Assembly (NCBI RefSeq): GCF_009914755.1 | Contig: NC_060925.1 | Length of the DNA: 64,000 bases | Source: the human T2T-CHM13v2.0 reference genome, Homo sapiens | Direction: 5' to 3' (one strand) | Part shown: positions 40,700 to 56,796 of the stretch, piece by piece | Layout of the letters: every line of letters begins with the position of its first letter | Numbering within the stretch: position 1 is the stretch's first letter | Position numbers and translations under genes: made by a program | The notes under the pieces: generated by a model | Databases searched by the model: none | Told to the model about the DNA's origin: nothing | The model's input: only the letters and a program-made list of their open reading frames with translations

Positions 40700-41147
40700 T
40701 GTCTTAGTCCATATTACATTGTTATAACAGAGTATCACAGACTGGATAACTTCTAACCAATAGTTTATTTGTTTCATAAATCTAAAAGCTGAGAAGTCCA
40801 AGATGGTGGGGCTGCCTCTGGTGAGGGTCTTCTCGAAGCATCATAATATGCTGGAAGGCATCACAACATGGTGGAAGGGATCACGTGGCAAAAGAGCATG
40901 TACATGGGAGTGAGAGAAAAAGAGAGAGAGAGACAGAGTGGCGGGGGCGGGGAGGAGCGCAAACTCATCCTTTATAAAGACACCACTCCTGAGATAACAA
41001 TCCAATCCCATGATAATGACATTAATCCATTCAAGAAGATAGAGCTCTCGTGACTTAATCACCTTCTAAAGATCTCACCTGACAACACTGTTGCATTGGC
41101 AGTTAAGTTTCCACGTAAACTTTCGGGGACACATTCAAACCACAGGA
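40700..41147 (-). mobile_element. MST (MSTC/D-like) MaLR LTR inside the CFHR5 3' UTR
   Basis: tgtcttagtcc...gctgagaagtccaagat...ggggacacattcaaaccacag. Confidence 0.8.
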
Positions 41148-41406
41148 GAAACTCAAATTGTTCCTGGGCAAATCACAACATGGGGAATTTTATTCATAAA
41201 TGTCCACAGAAACAGTAAATGTTCTCGCTTCAGTACTTAATTCATCTAATCCCTCCTGTTTGTCTCAAATTATAGGATAACTTTGAAACTTTCTGAATTA
41301 ACGTTATTTAAAAGGAAATGTAGATGTTATTTTAGTCTCTATCTTCATGTTATTATCACTTAAAAACCTGCGAAAGCTGTCAACTTTTGTGGTTGTAGCA
41401 AGTATT

Positions 41407-41479
41407 AATAAATATTTATAAATCCTCTAATGTAAGTCTAGCTACCTATCCAATACTAAATACCCCTTAAAGTATTAAA
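41407..41479 (+). terminator. Candidate CFHR5 polyadenylation signals AATAAA (41407-41412) and ATTAAA (41474-41479)
   Basis: Hexamers ~0.9-1.0 kb after the stop. The ATTAAA is followed by a GU/U-rich tract at 41515-41540. Confidence 0.7.
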
Positions 41480-41517
41480 TGCACTATCTGCTGTAAAAGA
41501 ATAGACTTTGAAATGGG

Positions 41518-41819
<302 letters not shown>

Positions 41820-42036
41820 AAAAGAATAGACTTTGAAGTTTTAACCAGTCTTTCTGTGGAGTTTCTAATCTAGTCAAGAGGTGATGTACATATACAAAAA
41901 GGTGAAAATTATTAGGTTACAAAATTGCATATATAGAATTATCTGGATGTGTATAAATGGTTATAGAAGAAAGAGTGAGAGAAAAAAAATGATGGCTTTA
42001 ATAATTCTATGTGGTTTAGGTTTAAAAAATTAAAAT

Positions 42037-42325
42037 AGTCTGGGCACAGTGGCTCAAACCTGTAATCCTAGAACTTTAGAAGGCCAAGGCAGGTGGATTG
42101 CTTGAGGCCAGGAGTTCAAGACCAGCCTGTCCAACATGGCAAAACCTTGTCTCTAATATAATACAAAAAAATAGCCAGACAGGGTAGTGCACACCCGCGA
42201 TTCCACCTACTTGGGAGGCTGAGGCATGAGAACCACTTGAACCTGGGAAGCAAAGGTTGCAGCGTGCCGAGATCATGCCACTGCACTCTATCCTGGGTGA
42301 CAGAGCAAGACTCTGTCCCAGAGAA
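42037..42325 (+). mobile_element. AluJ
   Basis: ggattgcttgaggccaggagttc diagnostic. Confidence 0.9.
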
Positions 42326-42452
42326 ACAAAGAAAGGAAGGGAAAGAGAGAGAGAGAAGAAGAAAAAGAAAGAGAGAGGAAGGAAGGAAGGAGGGAAGGAA
42401 GGAAGCAGGGAAAGAAGGATGGGAGGGAAGGAGGAAGGGAGGGAGGGAGGAA
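42320..42452. repeat. Polypurine (GA/GAAG) tract derived from the Alu tail
   Basis: Read directly. Confidence 0.9.
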
Positions 42453-42750
42453 TATTTTCAAATTCTTCACGTTGTCCCAAATTTCATATTTTTCATTTTG
42501 AACATATATTACTTTCATATTCAGAAGAGAGTGATCAAAACTGTCACTAACGAACAAGGCAATAGAAGATGGGTATAAAGACCATGTTGGTCATGATGCT
42601 GATTTCATGCAACAACTTTATTATTTTTTTATGTACCATAGTTTGGGAAAATACTACACAGGAAGTATTAGAAATATACTTTAGATATTCCTGTATTTCA
42701 CACAGCATTTCTTAGTTAAAATATTTTTGGTCAGAAGGTTTTTTTAAGTA

Positions 42751-42838
42751 GCCTGGGACGGAGGTTGCAGTGAGCCAAGATGGTGCCACTGCACTCCAGC
42801 CTGGGCAACACAGTGAGACTCTGTCTCAAAAAACAAAA
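42751..42838 (+). mobile_element. 5'-truncated Alu (3' ~90 bp)
   Basis: ggaggttgcagtgagcc...ctgtctcaaaa; TSD aaggttttttt(t/a)aagta. Confidence 0.8.
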
Positions 42839-42916
42839 AAGGTTTTTTTAAAGTATCTATTAAAAATATGACTACTAATACAGGTAAAAATTAAGACTTA
42901 AAATATTCATCACCAC

Positions 42917-44012
42917 AGATTTGACAATGGATTCTTAGATATCACACCAAAACCACAAATAAGAAAATACAAAGTACAGAAATTGGATTTTCTCAAAATT
43001 TAAAATGTCATGCTTCAAAGGATACTATTAAAAAAGGAAAATAGAACTCACACAATGGGAAAAAATATTTGCAAAATTGCATATGTCATAAAGGACTTGT
43101 ATCTAGAATATATGTAAGGAACTTTTACAACACAGAAAAAAAGAGAAATAAGACAATTTCAAAATAAGCAAAGGATTCAAATAGATATTTCTCTAAAGAA
43201 GATATATAAATTGCCATTAGGCACATGAAAAGATGTATAACATCATTAATTATTAAGTAAATATGAATCAAAACCACAGTGAGATAACACTTCACACCCT
43301 CAAAGATGGGTGTCATCAAGAAGTCAGATAATAACAAATGATGTCAAGGAAGTTGGAAGCAACATACACTTCTGGTGGGGATATTAAATGGTTTGGTCAA
43401 TTTGGAAAACAACCTGCAGTTTTTAAAAAAGTTAAACAATAGGATTGCCATTAACTCAGCAGTCTACTCCTAGATACATACCCAAGATAAATTTTTAAAA
43501 ATGTGTCCACGAAAACACTTGTACACATATGTTTATGGCAGCATTATTTGTGTTAGCCAAAAGGAGGAAACAATCTAAATGCTCATCAATTGATGAATGG
43601 GTAAACAAAATGTGGTATATCTAAACAATGGAATATTATTTGGGCATGAAAAGGGAATGAAGTAATAATAGATGCTATAACATGGATGAACCTTGAAAAT
43701 ATTCTGCTAAGTGTAGGAAGCCAGTCACAAATGACCACATATTATGATTCCATTTTTATGGCATGTCCAGACTAGGCAAACCTATAGAGATAGAAGGTAG
43801 ACCTGTGGTTGGTTAGGGTTGGAGCTGAGGAAGAGAGGTTAGAAGCTGATAGCCAAAGTGTACAGAGTTTCTTTTTTGAGGCGATATTCTAAAGTTGATT
43901 GTGGTAATTGTTGTAATACTCTGTGATTACACTAAAAAAAACATTAAATTATACCCATTAAGTGGGTGAATTGTATGTTATGTAAATTATATCTCAAAGA
44001 CATTACAAAAAA
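42917..44012 (+). mobile_element. L1MB-type 3' fragment
   Basis: ORF2 end and L1MB 3' UTR (aacatggatgaaccttgaaaatatt...gggtgaattgtatgttatgtaaattatatctcaa). Confidence 0.8.
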
Positions 44013-44297
44013 TAGTAGTCAATGTTTAAAATTCATGAGGATACATTGGAAATTTAAAAACTAAAAATGATTTTAAAATTTAGGCTTAGTAGCAGAATGT
44101 AGAAAAAATTATCTGGGGTTGAATAAAAAAATAAGAATTTGTTACTTACACTTTCTATCTATCTGAAACAGCTGGCTTCATGTCTAGGAAGAAGGCAGGT
44201 AACAGTTTTCAATTCTGAGGGGGAAATCTTGAATACAAATATTACCAAAAACTTAAAAAAAGCATAAAAGTGTTTTATTCCAAGTACAATCTTAACC

Positions 44298-44463
44298 TTA
44301 TTTTATTTTATTTTATTTTACTTTATTTTATTTTTTATTTTTGTAGTGATGAGGCCTTACTATGTTACCCAGGGTGGTCTCAAAGTCCTGGCCTCAAGCC
44401 ATCCTCCCACCTCAGTCTCCCAAAGTGTTGGGATTACAGGCAAGTGCACCACACTGTTCCTGT
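44298..44463 (-). mobile_element. FLAM-like Alu monomer with (TTTTA)n tail
   Basis: Left-arm monomer only. Confidence 0.75.
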
Positions 44464-44719
44464 AACAGTATTTTAAACTTGAACATTCCCTCTCAGTTCC
44501 TGAGAATTTTTCTAAGTTTTTCAAGCTATTCTGTGACACATTCCAAATCAAGGTGTTTGAACAACAATATAGGGCTTGTTGATAATGTTTGCTACCTTTA
44601 CCTTACTACTTCCCTGTATAAAGGATAAAGGAAGCCAAACAAGCAAAAGGACTAAAATTAGAAGTTACAGAAAATATTTTCTTGCAGATATTTGTCAGGC
44701 ATTGTGAGTACCACAACCA

Positions 44720-47390
<2,671 letters not shown>

Positions 47391-49349
47391 GAAAAAAAAA
47401 AGAGATTACATGGAAGCCTTGATATTTATTTCACCAGACCTGTCTGGCTTATGACTGAGAGAAATTAAAGAAAAACATAAAGAGAAACAGGCAGAGAAAA
47501 TAGTCAGAGACAAAGGAGAGATAAATTGTCTTGAAGCCAACTTAAAAGTACATTGTCCAAAAGGCAGCATATTCTAATTAGAAAAAGAAGAGTCAGCAAG
47601 GCATTGGAATGCAGTGAAAGCACCAGGTTCCAAAGGGCTGAGTTGTTTTAATAACTATCCACAAATGTATCACCCTAACTTTTCTTCTTCTACTATGGCC
47701 CCGAAGGAGTTGAAGGCCATAATAAGTTGGAGGGGACAGTGAGTGGGAAAAACTTCCAGGGATAAAAGAAGAGTCCACCATATCCCCTATTCCCACTACA
47801 TCTTCCATTTCAGGAGATCAGTGTTGGAGGGAAAGAGAAACTTTACCTTGAACCAAACTCAGATGTCTGATTATTATATTGAATTGGACTTACAAATATT
47901 TTTTGTCATAAAGGTCTAATAGACAATGTTGCAGATTTCCTATGGTATCACACCACAAATTTCTGATGCAAAGATTGAGCCTGAATAAGGTTGAGGAAGG
48001 ACTGAGTTGTACAGTCATGTTTTTTCTTCTGTCTATAAAAAAATAAACTGTGTGCTGTTGCAAGTGAACAGAGCAAATGTCCAGTTCCTGTGATATATTT
48101 ATGTATTAACCCACATTGAGTTCTAAAGAACAGCAACATGGTAAAGCCTACTTTTCTGTCTATTATACATTTTCCCACCAACATTCTGTTATGATAAGTA
48201 TTCATATAGAATATTTGAACAAACATCCCCACTTAACAATTGTTGAATCATCTAAATTCATCAATCATTAATGTTTTACCCTATTTGCTTTTTCAATGGC
48301 TTCAGTTATCTATCCAGTAATAGAAATCTGTCTATACTTTCATTGAACCAAATCAAACTAAGTTGCTGACATTCTGACAATTCATCGTATCATATTCCAC
48401 ATTTTCAAAAATGCATTATTTAAAATCATAAGAATAGGAGTTCCTCCATCAGTGGTGCACTGCATTATTTTGGCTTAACCCTCTTGTTGGCCGCACTACA
48501 AATATTTGAAAAATATTTGTAAAATTTGTTGGAAGTCAGCAGTGCACTACTGAGACATTTAAGCATTACAGGGCCAAGACATAATAGAGAAATTACCTCA
48601 GCATTTAGGGGGCACTTTTTCTCTCATAGCAATTGCTGATTTGAAAGTAGCAGTATAAAGACTAAGAAGATTAACATCTATTTTTCCAAAATAGAGATCT
48701 TCTGCATGAATCTTAAGCCATGGTATTTACAGAAGATGGAGTGGAATGCCAGTTTAGCAGGATTATGGCTCCCTCTGCCTTTGTGGCCTAAACCGATGCC
48801 ATTGGGATTGCCTTTCCTTTTCCAGGAAGAGCTTCCTTCCTTCCTTTGGTCAAAGACAGAAACTTTTAAAATGTAGCCTTTCAACATCCTCATAGTTTAG
48901 GTATTCTTTTGGAACTCAGATATTTTAGTTTAATTTAAAATTTCTAACATGGATTTATTTTCTCTCTTCTTTCCTCCTAGTGATTGTCTTCTCTCTACCA
49001 ACAAAGGTTTTTCCGAGGTATTCCTTCAAACTCCGCGCCATTACCTAGTCCACTGTTATCAACAAAATCACAGTAATTTACTAGGGGCTGTGTCATTTCT
49101 GCACAATAATTTTTTTTCACAGAATCACAGTATTTCCTCAAGATGTATTGTCAAAAATTAGTCAATAATGAATCTCATCCCTCAATTTCAATGTATAAGT
49201 AATGCAGTTTCTCTTATAGAATTTTATTTACATCCTAAATCCTTATTCTTTTGAGAGAGAAACTAAATCTCAATCAAGTTGGGATTAACTACTATTTCAG
49301 AAGCTGCTAAAAATAATTCCCCAATATTTGCTCTCTATTTCTTCCTTTT

Positions 49350-50069
49350 ATAAATAAAACCCTCCAAGTTTCTCTGCCTAGGTATATGACACAATAGTGG
49401 AACACTGCAGTTTCCTCCTTTTTTCTAGGTCCACACTGGTTTGAGTTCTGGCCAATGCCATATGAGTGGAAATAATTTGTTCCCTTGTTTGTCACAGCAT
49501 TAAAAGGAATCTCGTTGCTTGTCACTTCCTCTTTCCTTTTTCCGAAGGGGTAGAACACAGATGTACTGGCGGTGAGCCATCTCGGATCATGTTGATAAAG
49601 CAGCCCGCTGAAGAATAGTAAAGCAATAAGACAGAAGATACTTGAATCCCTAGCTGGTATGATCCAAGCTTGTATGATCCAAACTATGCCATGTCAGTTT
49701 CTGGACCCAAATCTTAAAGACTGTGGCCGCTTCCACTTCCTGTCTCTTGGAATACTTCCTATCAGAGAAAGTCCAAACAGCCCTGTTGAGAGGCTCATGT
49801 GCAGTGGAACTGCAGCTCCTACTGTACAGCCTCAGCTGATCTTCCAGCCAACAGCCAGCACCATCTTGCTAGCCATGTGAGTCAGCCATCTTAAAAATAG
49901 ATATTCCGGTCCTAGTCACGTCACCTCAACTGAAAGCTTGTGGATTAGAGAAGCACCATCCTGTCAATCCCTGCCCAAATTTCAGGTTTGTGAGTAAATT
50001 TGCTTTTTGTTTTAAGCCAATCTTATAAGTTTGCAGCGGTTTGTTATGCAGTAATAGATAGCTAGAATG
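49350..50069 (+). mobile_element. MLT1-type MaLR LTR(s)
   Basis: ccagccaacagccagcacca...gccatgtgagtcagccatctt...tttgttatgcagtaatagatagctagaa. Confidence 0.7.
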
Positions 50070-50864
50070 CCATTAAATACATTATTAAATGAAAAATGCA
50101 TTGAATAATTCCCTGTAAATGTTAAGAATAATGAATACATACTTGACAAAGAGCATCGGTAGCTACTTTTTAATCAAAGGACAGCTTACCCTTAGAATGA
50201 TGAGAATTAAGAAAAATAAGGTTTAGTAACGTCAGTTACTTACGAATAATTGCAAACTCCATTTATGACATACAAGGCCCTTCTTGTTTGACTTCAAATT
50301 ACTTATCCAACTCTACCTTCCATTAGTCTCCAAAAATATGCCATAAAATAATTAATATTGTTCTGCCAGTTCTCTATGCTTTTTCACTTTGATCATGTTA
50401 TTCTCTCTCAAGGCTCCTCCTAAATTCCCACATGCAGACTGAATAATTCCTGTTGACATATGTTACACTGACAGTATAACTAAATCCAAACCTGATTAAA
50501 TCCCAGGAATTGATGTTATCTCCCCTCGCAATCAGAAAAAAATATCTGTTTAGTTGCATACCAAGCAGAAGACGTGGTGATTATTTATTTGGTAATGATG
50601 ATCTGAGAAAAATCAAATGATTGCTTTAGCCTTGGTTTTTGTTTTATACCCATTTATTAATATTTTCTTTTGCTTTCGAGACTAATGTATAGTTTAAAAG
50701 TCTTAGAGCAAAAATTATGTATCAAAAAAATTTATCAAATAAAACTGTTGCAAGTATGCTTCTTTGCAGAGCAAATGGTAACCTGTAATTTCAGGATATT
50801 GTTCATATCCATCAGTTTGGATTTTTGTTGGTGTTTTATAAAAGGCACTTGATTTTTGTCATTC

Positions 50865-51174
<310 letters not shown>

Positions 51175-52895
51175 CAGTTGTTGTCATTCTTTATTCCCTA
51201 AGAAATATTTCTTTTTAAAAGACATAGAAATAAAATGAGATAAAATACAAAACTTAAGTTGGTATTAGACAGAGATAATAATCTACCTTAAATATCCCTT
51301 GATTTAATTTTTTTAGATTTTTACATATATAATACAAAAGAGGAGACAAGATATTTTAGACTAGAAAGAACAAGATGACATATGATAAGTTATAAAGTAT
51401 TTTATGTGGGGAAATATTATTGAATTTTATTAATTAGTAAAATACATATTTTTTCTCTCAATTATTTTATTGGCAGTGACTTAACCTCTTTTAACATTTG
51501 AACCTTTACTATAAACAAAGATGAAGGCAATACGTAAAATAAATTAAGATGTACTTGCTGAAGCTGGTGGGGAGGTGGTTGAAAGGAAAAAAGCAAGGAA
51601 GAGGGAAGACAGGGCCTACTGACTTTCTTCCTGCAGTGTCATCCAAGGGGAGGCATGATATGCAATTGTATGTCATTGCTTTGCAATCAGGTCTTTCTAA
51701 AACTACAGTGTAAAAGTTAGGAATTATGAGTTCAGGCCAAATAATTATTCTTTGTTCTCAAAAAAAAGAGTTTCTGCCATGCTGATTTCTTCAAAGCAGT
51801 GCCTCTACTAATTTCGAACTAGAACTGGAAAGCTTTGAAAATTATCATAAGAATATTATTTATTTGATTTACTATCTTCTCTATGTCCTAGCTAAGCTAG
51901 AATTGAACTGGACTTTAAAGCAATTTAAGAATAATAGAGTGTGTCATCATTCTAAATGTAAATTTTAGGTGTTATGTTATCTAGCAGACTTATTTCTTCA
52001 GAAAATAAGAAGAATATGACCACAGAGTACTTGAGTACCAAAAGGACTTTCAGGTTATAACTGTTAAATTAGCAGTTCTAGCACTAATGGCATAATTATA
52101 AAATTGGGCATTCAGCATTTACTAATGTACTTTTGTCATTAGAAAGTCAAAAATGGTTGGATTCTGGTCACATTTATTCCTAATTGGATCTTATGGGAAT
52201 TAACATTTATTGATTTATGTCTAGATTTATCATTTCAGCTGAATTGCAAATACATCAAAGAAAGCACACTAGGTTTATATTGTAGACATCCTACATGAGG
52301 CCTTGAAACAATATTCGTAGATCCATTATCTACTAGACATATAATACGAAAAAGTCATACATGATGACTGAATCAAGTCTGAAAAATGATTTAATTACTA
52401 ATTACCTAAGTGAAAATTCTTTTAACACAATGTATAACATTTTTCTTCTTTATGAACAAACTTTGCTATCTGATTCTCACGCCACCCTTGCCAAACTAGT
52501 GGAATCCAACACCCAATCTAGCCAATCGCCTCATCAAGTCAGCCCTCACCCTTCCCCCTTCAAGCCATGGGGTTTCTGATAAGTAGAGTTCTACTATACT
52601 CCTACGTAGTCTACTATTTCTTTGCCTTAAATCTGAAGCCTGGCAGAAGAGTTGTTTGGAGCTCCTGCTACAACTATTATCCAATAGATAGCAGAACATT
52701 GCATTCAGTCACCTATACTCCTGCCACCACCCCTGAGCCTAGAGGGCTACATTGCCAGACCCAAGATTCCACTCTAACACTTGACATTATTGGACCAACA
52801 TCATTTGTGTAACATTTCCCTGGTGATTTCAGTCACTAAAGGAAGTCCAAGATCTACTAGATCATACATTTCCAAGCTCTCATCCAATAATGCTT

Positions 52896-53209
52896 TATTT
52901 TATTTACTATTACTATTATTATTACTTTGTGGCAAGGTCTCAATCTGTTACCCAGACTGGAGAGCAGTGGTGTGATCATGGCTCACTTCAGCCTCAACCT
53001 CCCACGTTCAGGTGATCCTCTCACCTCCTCCTCCCAAGTAGCTAGGACTACAGCCACAAGCCACCATACCCAGCTAATTTTTGCACTTTTTGTAGAGATG
53101 GGGTCTCACTGTGTTGCCCAGGCTGGTCTCAAACTCCTGGGATCAAGTGACCTGCCCACCTCAGCCTCCCAAAGTGCTGGGATTACAGGCATGAGCTACT
53201 GCGCCCAGC
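52896..53209 (-). mobile_element. AluJ with (TTA)n tail
   Basis: Reverse Alu; TSD caataatgctt. Confidence 0.9.
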
Positions 53210-53566
53210 AATAATGCTTAATCTTATTTCTCTATGAGATTCTTCCTTCTGTCTCAAAATCTCTGGAACCCATGGTCATTGAGCAACAAACTTTCTTATG
53301 TCTTCATCCTCTTCTCAAGAAATTACAAGCTCCTTCACATAAGGCAAACTTTGCTCTCTCCTTTGTGGACACTGCTTTCTCTATATTCCTCTCAAACTGA
53401 GATTGTCTGTTAACATGCACCCACTCTTCTTGGGACATGGAATCAATGTCCTTACTGATCTTCGTATTTTCTCTCAAATTATTATTCTGTTTCTTTCCTT
53501 CCTTTAAAATCCCCTTCTTGAAAACTCATTCTTTTCAACGTTACCACTTGCCAGAATGTTTGCTGC

Positions 53567-55924
53567 TGTTATGGTTTGCCTCCGTGTCCCCATCCAAATC
53601 TCATCTTGAATTGTAAACCCCGCATGTCAAAGGAGGGACCTGGTGGGAGTTGATTGCATCATGGGGGCAGTTTAACCCATGCTGTTCTTGTGATACTGAG
53701 TGAGTTCTCTTGAGAGCTGATGGTTTTAAAGTGTTGCATTTCCTCTCTCTCTCTCCCTCTCTCTCTCTCTCCCTCCTGCCACCATGTGAAAAAAGTCCTT
53801 GCTTCCTCTTCACCTTCTGCGATGATTGTACATTTCCTGAGGCCTCCTTAGCCATGCAGAACTGTGAGTCAATTAAACTTCTCTCCTTTATAAATTACCC
53901 AGTCTCCAGTAGTTCTTTATAGCTGTGTAAAAACAAACTAATACAGAAAATTGGTGCTGGGAGTGGGGCACTGCGATAGAGATACCTAAAAATGTGGAAA
54001 AGACTGGAACTGGGTAAAGGGCAGAGGCTGGAATAGTTGGGAGGGCTCAGAAGAAGAAAGAAAGGTGTGGAAAATTTGGAACTTCCTGGGGACTGGTTGA
54101 ATGGTTTTGACCAAAATGCTGATAGTGATATGGACAATGAAGGTGGTCTCAGATGTAGATGAGGAACTTACTGGGAATTGGAAAAAAGGTCACTCTTGCT
54201 ATGCTTTAGCAAAGAAACTGGCAGCATTTTGCCCCTGCCCTAGAGATCTGTGGAACTTCAAACTTGAGAGAGATGACTTAGGGTATCTGGTGGAAGAAAT
54301 TTCTAAGCAGCAAAGTATTCAAGATATAACCTGGCTTTTTCTGAAAGCACACAGTCGTATGTGTTCACAAAGAGATTATTTGAAATTGGGACTTATGTTT
54401 AAAAGGGAAGCAGACCATAAAATTTGGAAAATTTGCAGCCTGACCATGCAATAGGAAAGAAAAATCCATTTTCTGGGGAGAAATTCAAGCCTGCTGCAGA
54501 AATTTGCATAACAAACAGCCAAATGTTAATAATCAAGACAAGGGAGAAAATGTCTCCTGAGCATTTCGGAGATCTTCACGGCAGCCCCTCCCATCACAAG
54601 CCTGGAAGCCCAGGAGGGAAAAATGGTTTTGTGGGCTGGGCCCAGGGCCCTGCTACTCTGTGCAGCCTTGGGACATGGCCCCTTGTGTCCCAGTCACTCC
54701 AGCTCCAGCAGTGGCTAAAACGGATCGAGGTACATCTTGGGCTGTTTCTTCAGAGGATGCAAGCCCCAAGCCTTGGTGGCTTCCAAGTGTTGGGGCTGCA
54801 GGTGTGCAGAAGATAAGAGTTGAGCTTTGAGAGCCTCTGCCTAAATTTCAGAGGATGTATGGAAATGCCTTGATGACCAGCCAGAAGTCTGCTGCAGGAG
54901 CAGAGCCCTCATGGAGAATCTCTACTAGGGCAATGCAGAAGGGAAACATGGGGTTGGAGCTTCCACACAGAGTCCCCACTGGGAGACTGCCTAGTGGAGC
55001 TGTGAGAATACGGTTACCACCCTCTAGATCCCAGAATGGTATATCCACCAACAGCTTGCATTGTGCACCAGAAAAGTCGCAGGCACTCAACACCAGCCTG
55101 TGAAATAAGCTGCGGGGGCTGTACCCTGCAAAGCCACAGGGGCAGAGCAGCCCAAGGCCTTGGGAGCCCACCTCTTGCATCATTGTGTTTTGGATGTGAG
55201 ACACGGAATCAAAGGAGTTTATTTTGGTGCTTTAAGATTTAATAAGTGCCCTGCCAGTTTTCAGATTTGCATGGGGCCTGCAGCCCCTTTGGTTTGGCCA
55301 AGTTCTTCCATTTGGAATGAGAACATTTACCCAGTGCCTGTACCCCCATTGTATCTTGGAAGTAACTAACTTGTTTGATTTTAACAGCTCATGGTCAGAA
55401 GGGACTTGCTTTGTCAGATGAGACTTTGGAATTGGACTTTTGAGTTAATGCTGGAATGTGTTAAGACTTTGGGCGACTGTTGGGAAGGCATGATTGGTTC
55501 TGAAATGTGAAAAGGACATGAGATTTGGAAGAGACCAGGGGTGGAATGATATCGTTTGATTCTGTGTCCCCACCCAAATCTCATCTGAAATTGTAATCCC
55601 TACATGTCAAGAGAGGGACCTGGTGAGAGGTGATTGGACCATGGGGGTGGTTTCCCACATGCTGTTCTCATGATAGTGAGTGAGTTCTCATGAGAGCTAA
55701 TGGTTTTATAGTGTGGTACTTCCTTGCTGTCTCTCTCTCTCTCTCTCTCTCTCTCCCCTGCTGCTATATGAAAAGGCCCTTGCTTCCCCTTTACCTTCTG
55801 CCATGATTGTAAGTTCTGAGGCCTCCCCACCCATGCAGAATTGTGAATCAATTAAATCTTTTTCCTTTATAAATTACTCAGTCTCCAGTAGCTCTTTATA
55901 GCAGTGTGAAAAAAGGCTAATACT
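53567..55924 (+). mobile_element. Complete MaLR provirus (THE1D/MSTA-like): LTR 53567-53945, internal, LTR 55547-55924
   Basis: Two homologous LTRs (tg(t/a)tat..tttg...ctaatac), MaLR internal sequence, purine tract before the 3' LTR; flanked by L2-like sequence. Confidence 0.9.
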
Positions 55925-56796
55925 GGTGTCATCGGTAAATGTTCTGAACTTTCCCCCTCAATCACTAATTACTAGTACCTCCTGGCTCAGTTTTCTTCCT
56001 CACTCCAAATCCTTTCATCTCTGTTAGCATTAATATCTGCTTTGTTGTACCACTCAACAAATTTGCTTCTCAATCCTTTATTGCCTCATCTCTGTTGCCA
56101 CTTTTCTCGACTTTATGTTCCTATTGCCAAAGTACAGTCTTTCCCATCATCTGAAACTCCTCAATTTCCAAAGTCACAAATTCATATATTCTGCTCATTA
56201 ATTACCATATTTATTTCTTCTGACTAGCTTACTCACACTTCCATGGAAATACTGTTTTAACACATTGATACTTTTAACTTAATGCCCCTACTACTTTCTC
56301 ACATCCTTTAGTAGTCTCCAGTATTTACTCTTTCTTCATGTCTCTCTTCAAATTAAATAGCTCACATTCCAAATAATTCTTTTGCAAGCAATCTTAAATC
56401 TCTTGCCCCACTTTCCTTTTGATTGCACAGTCTAGCAAATACTCATGGCTGAATAAACTTACACATCCATCTTCTCCATTTATGTACATAAGCAGCCAAG
56501 TGTTGTAAAGAAAGGCAAAAAAAAAAAAAAGATTAGTATCTCTAAAAATTCATGACTCAGCACTGCTAAACAATCCTACTCTATCTTGTTTTTGTCTGCT
56601 TAGTACCCCACCACTTTGTTGTGATTAAGGCTCTACCCCCTTGGCAAAAGTACTGAACATGTCACGTAACTGTCCTGGGGATATTAACTGAGCACGCCCA
56701 TTACTGTATCTTAATACCCCAGACTCTACTTTCATTTGGTGTGTTTGTGTACATTGAAAACTAAGAATCTGACAGAGTAGGGACTTTCATGATTTC

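Noticed and set aside
47894-48032. Minus-strand exon-like segment (ttttatag|...|gtaagt) starting TEEKT*
   Set aside because: The resemblance to the F13B N-terminus (EEKPC) ends after four codons, and splice-like pairs are common in AT-rich DNA. No part of F13B is recognisable in the window.
48063-48482. SCR-like peptides KCPVPVI (+) and PKIMQCTTDGGTP (-)
   Set aside because: They are on opposite strands, short, and lack the conserved Trp/Cys pattern; indistinguishable from chance by eye.
54101-55369. ORFs inside the MaLR internal region
   Set aside because: Fragmented remnants of the MaLR internal ORF with no intact long frame.
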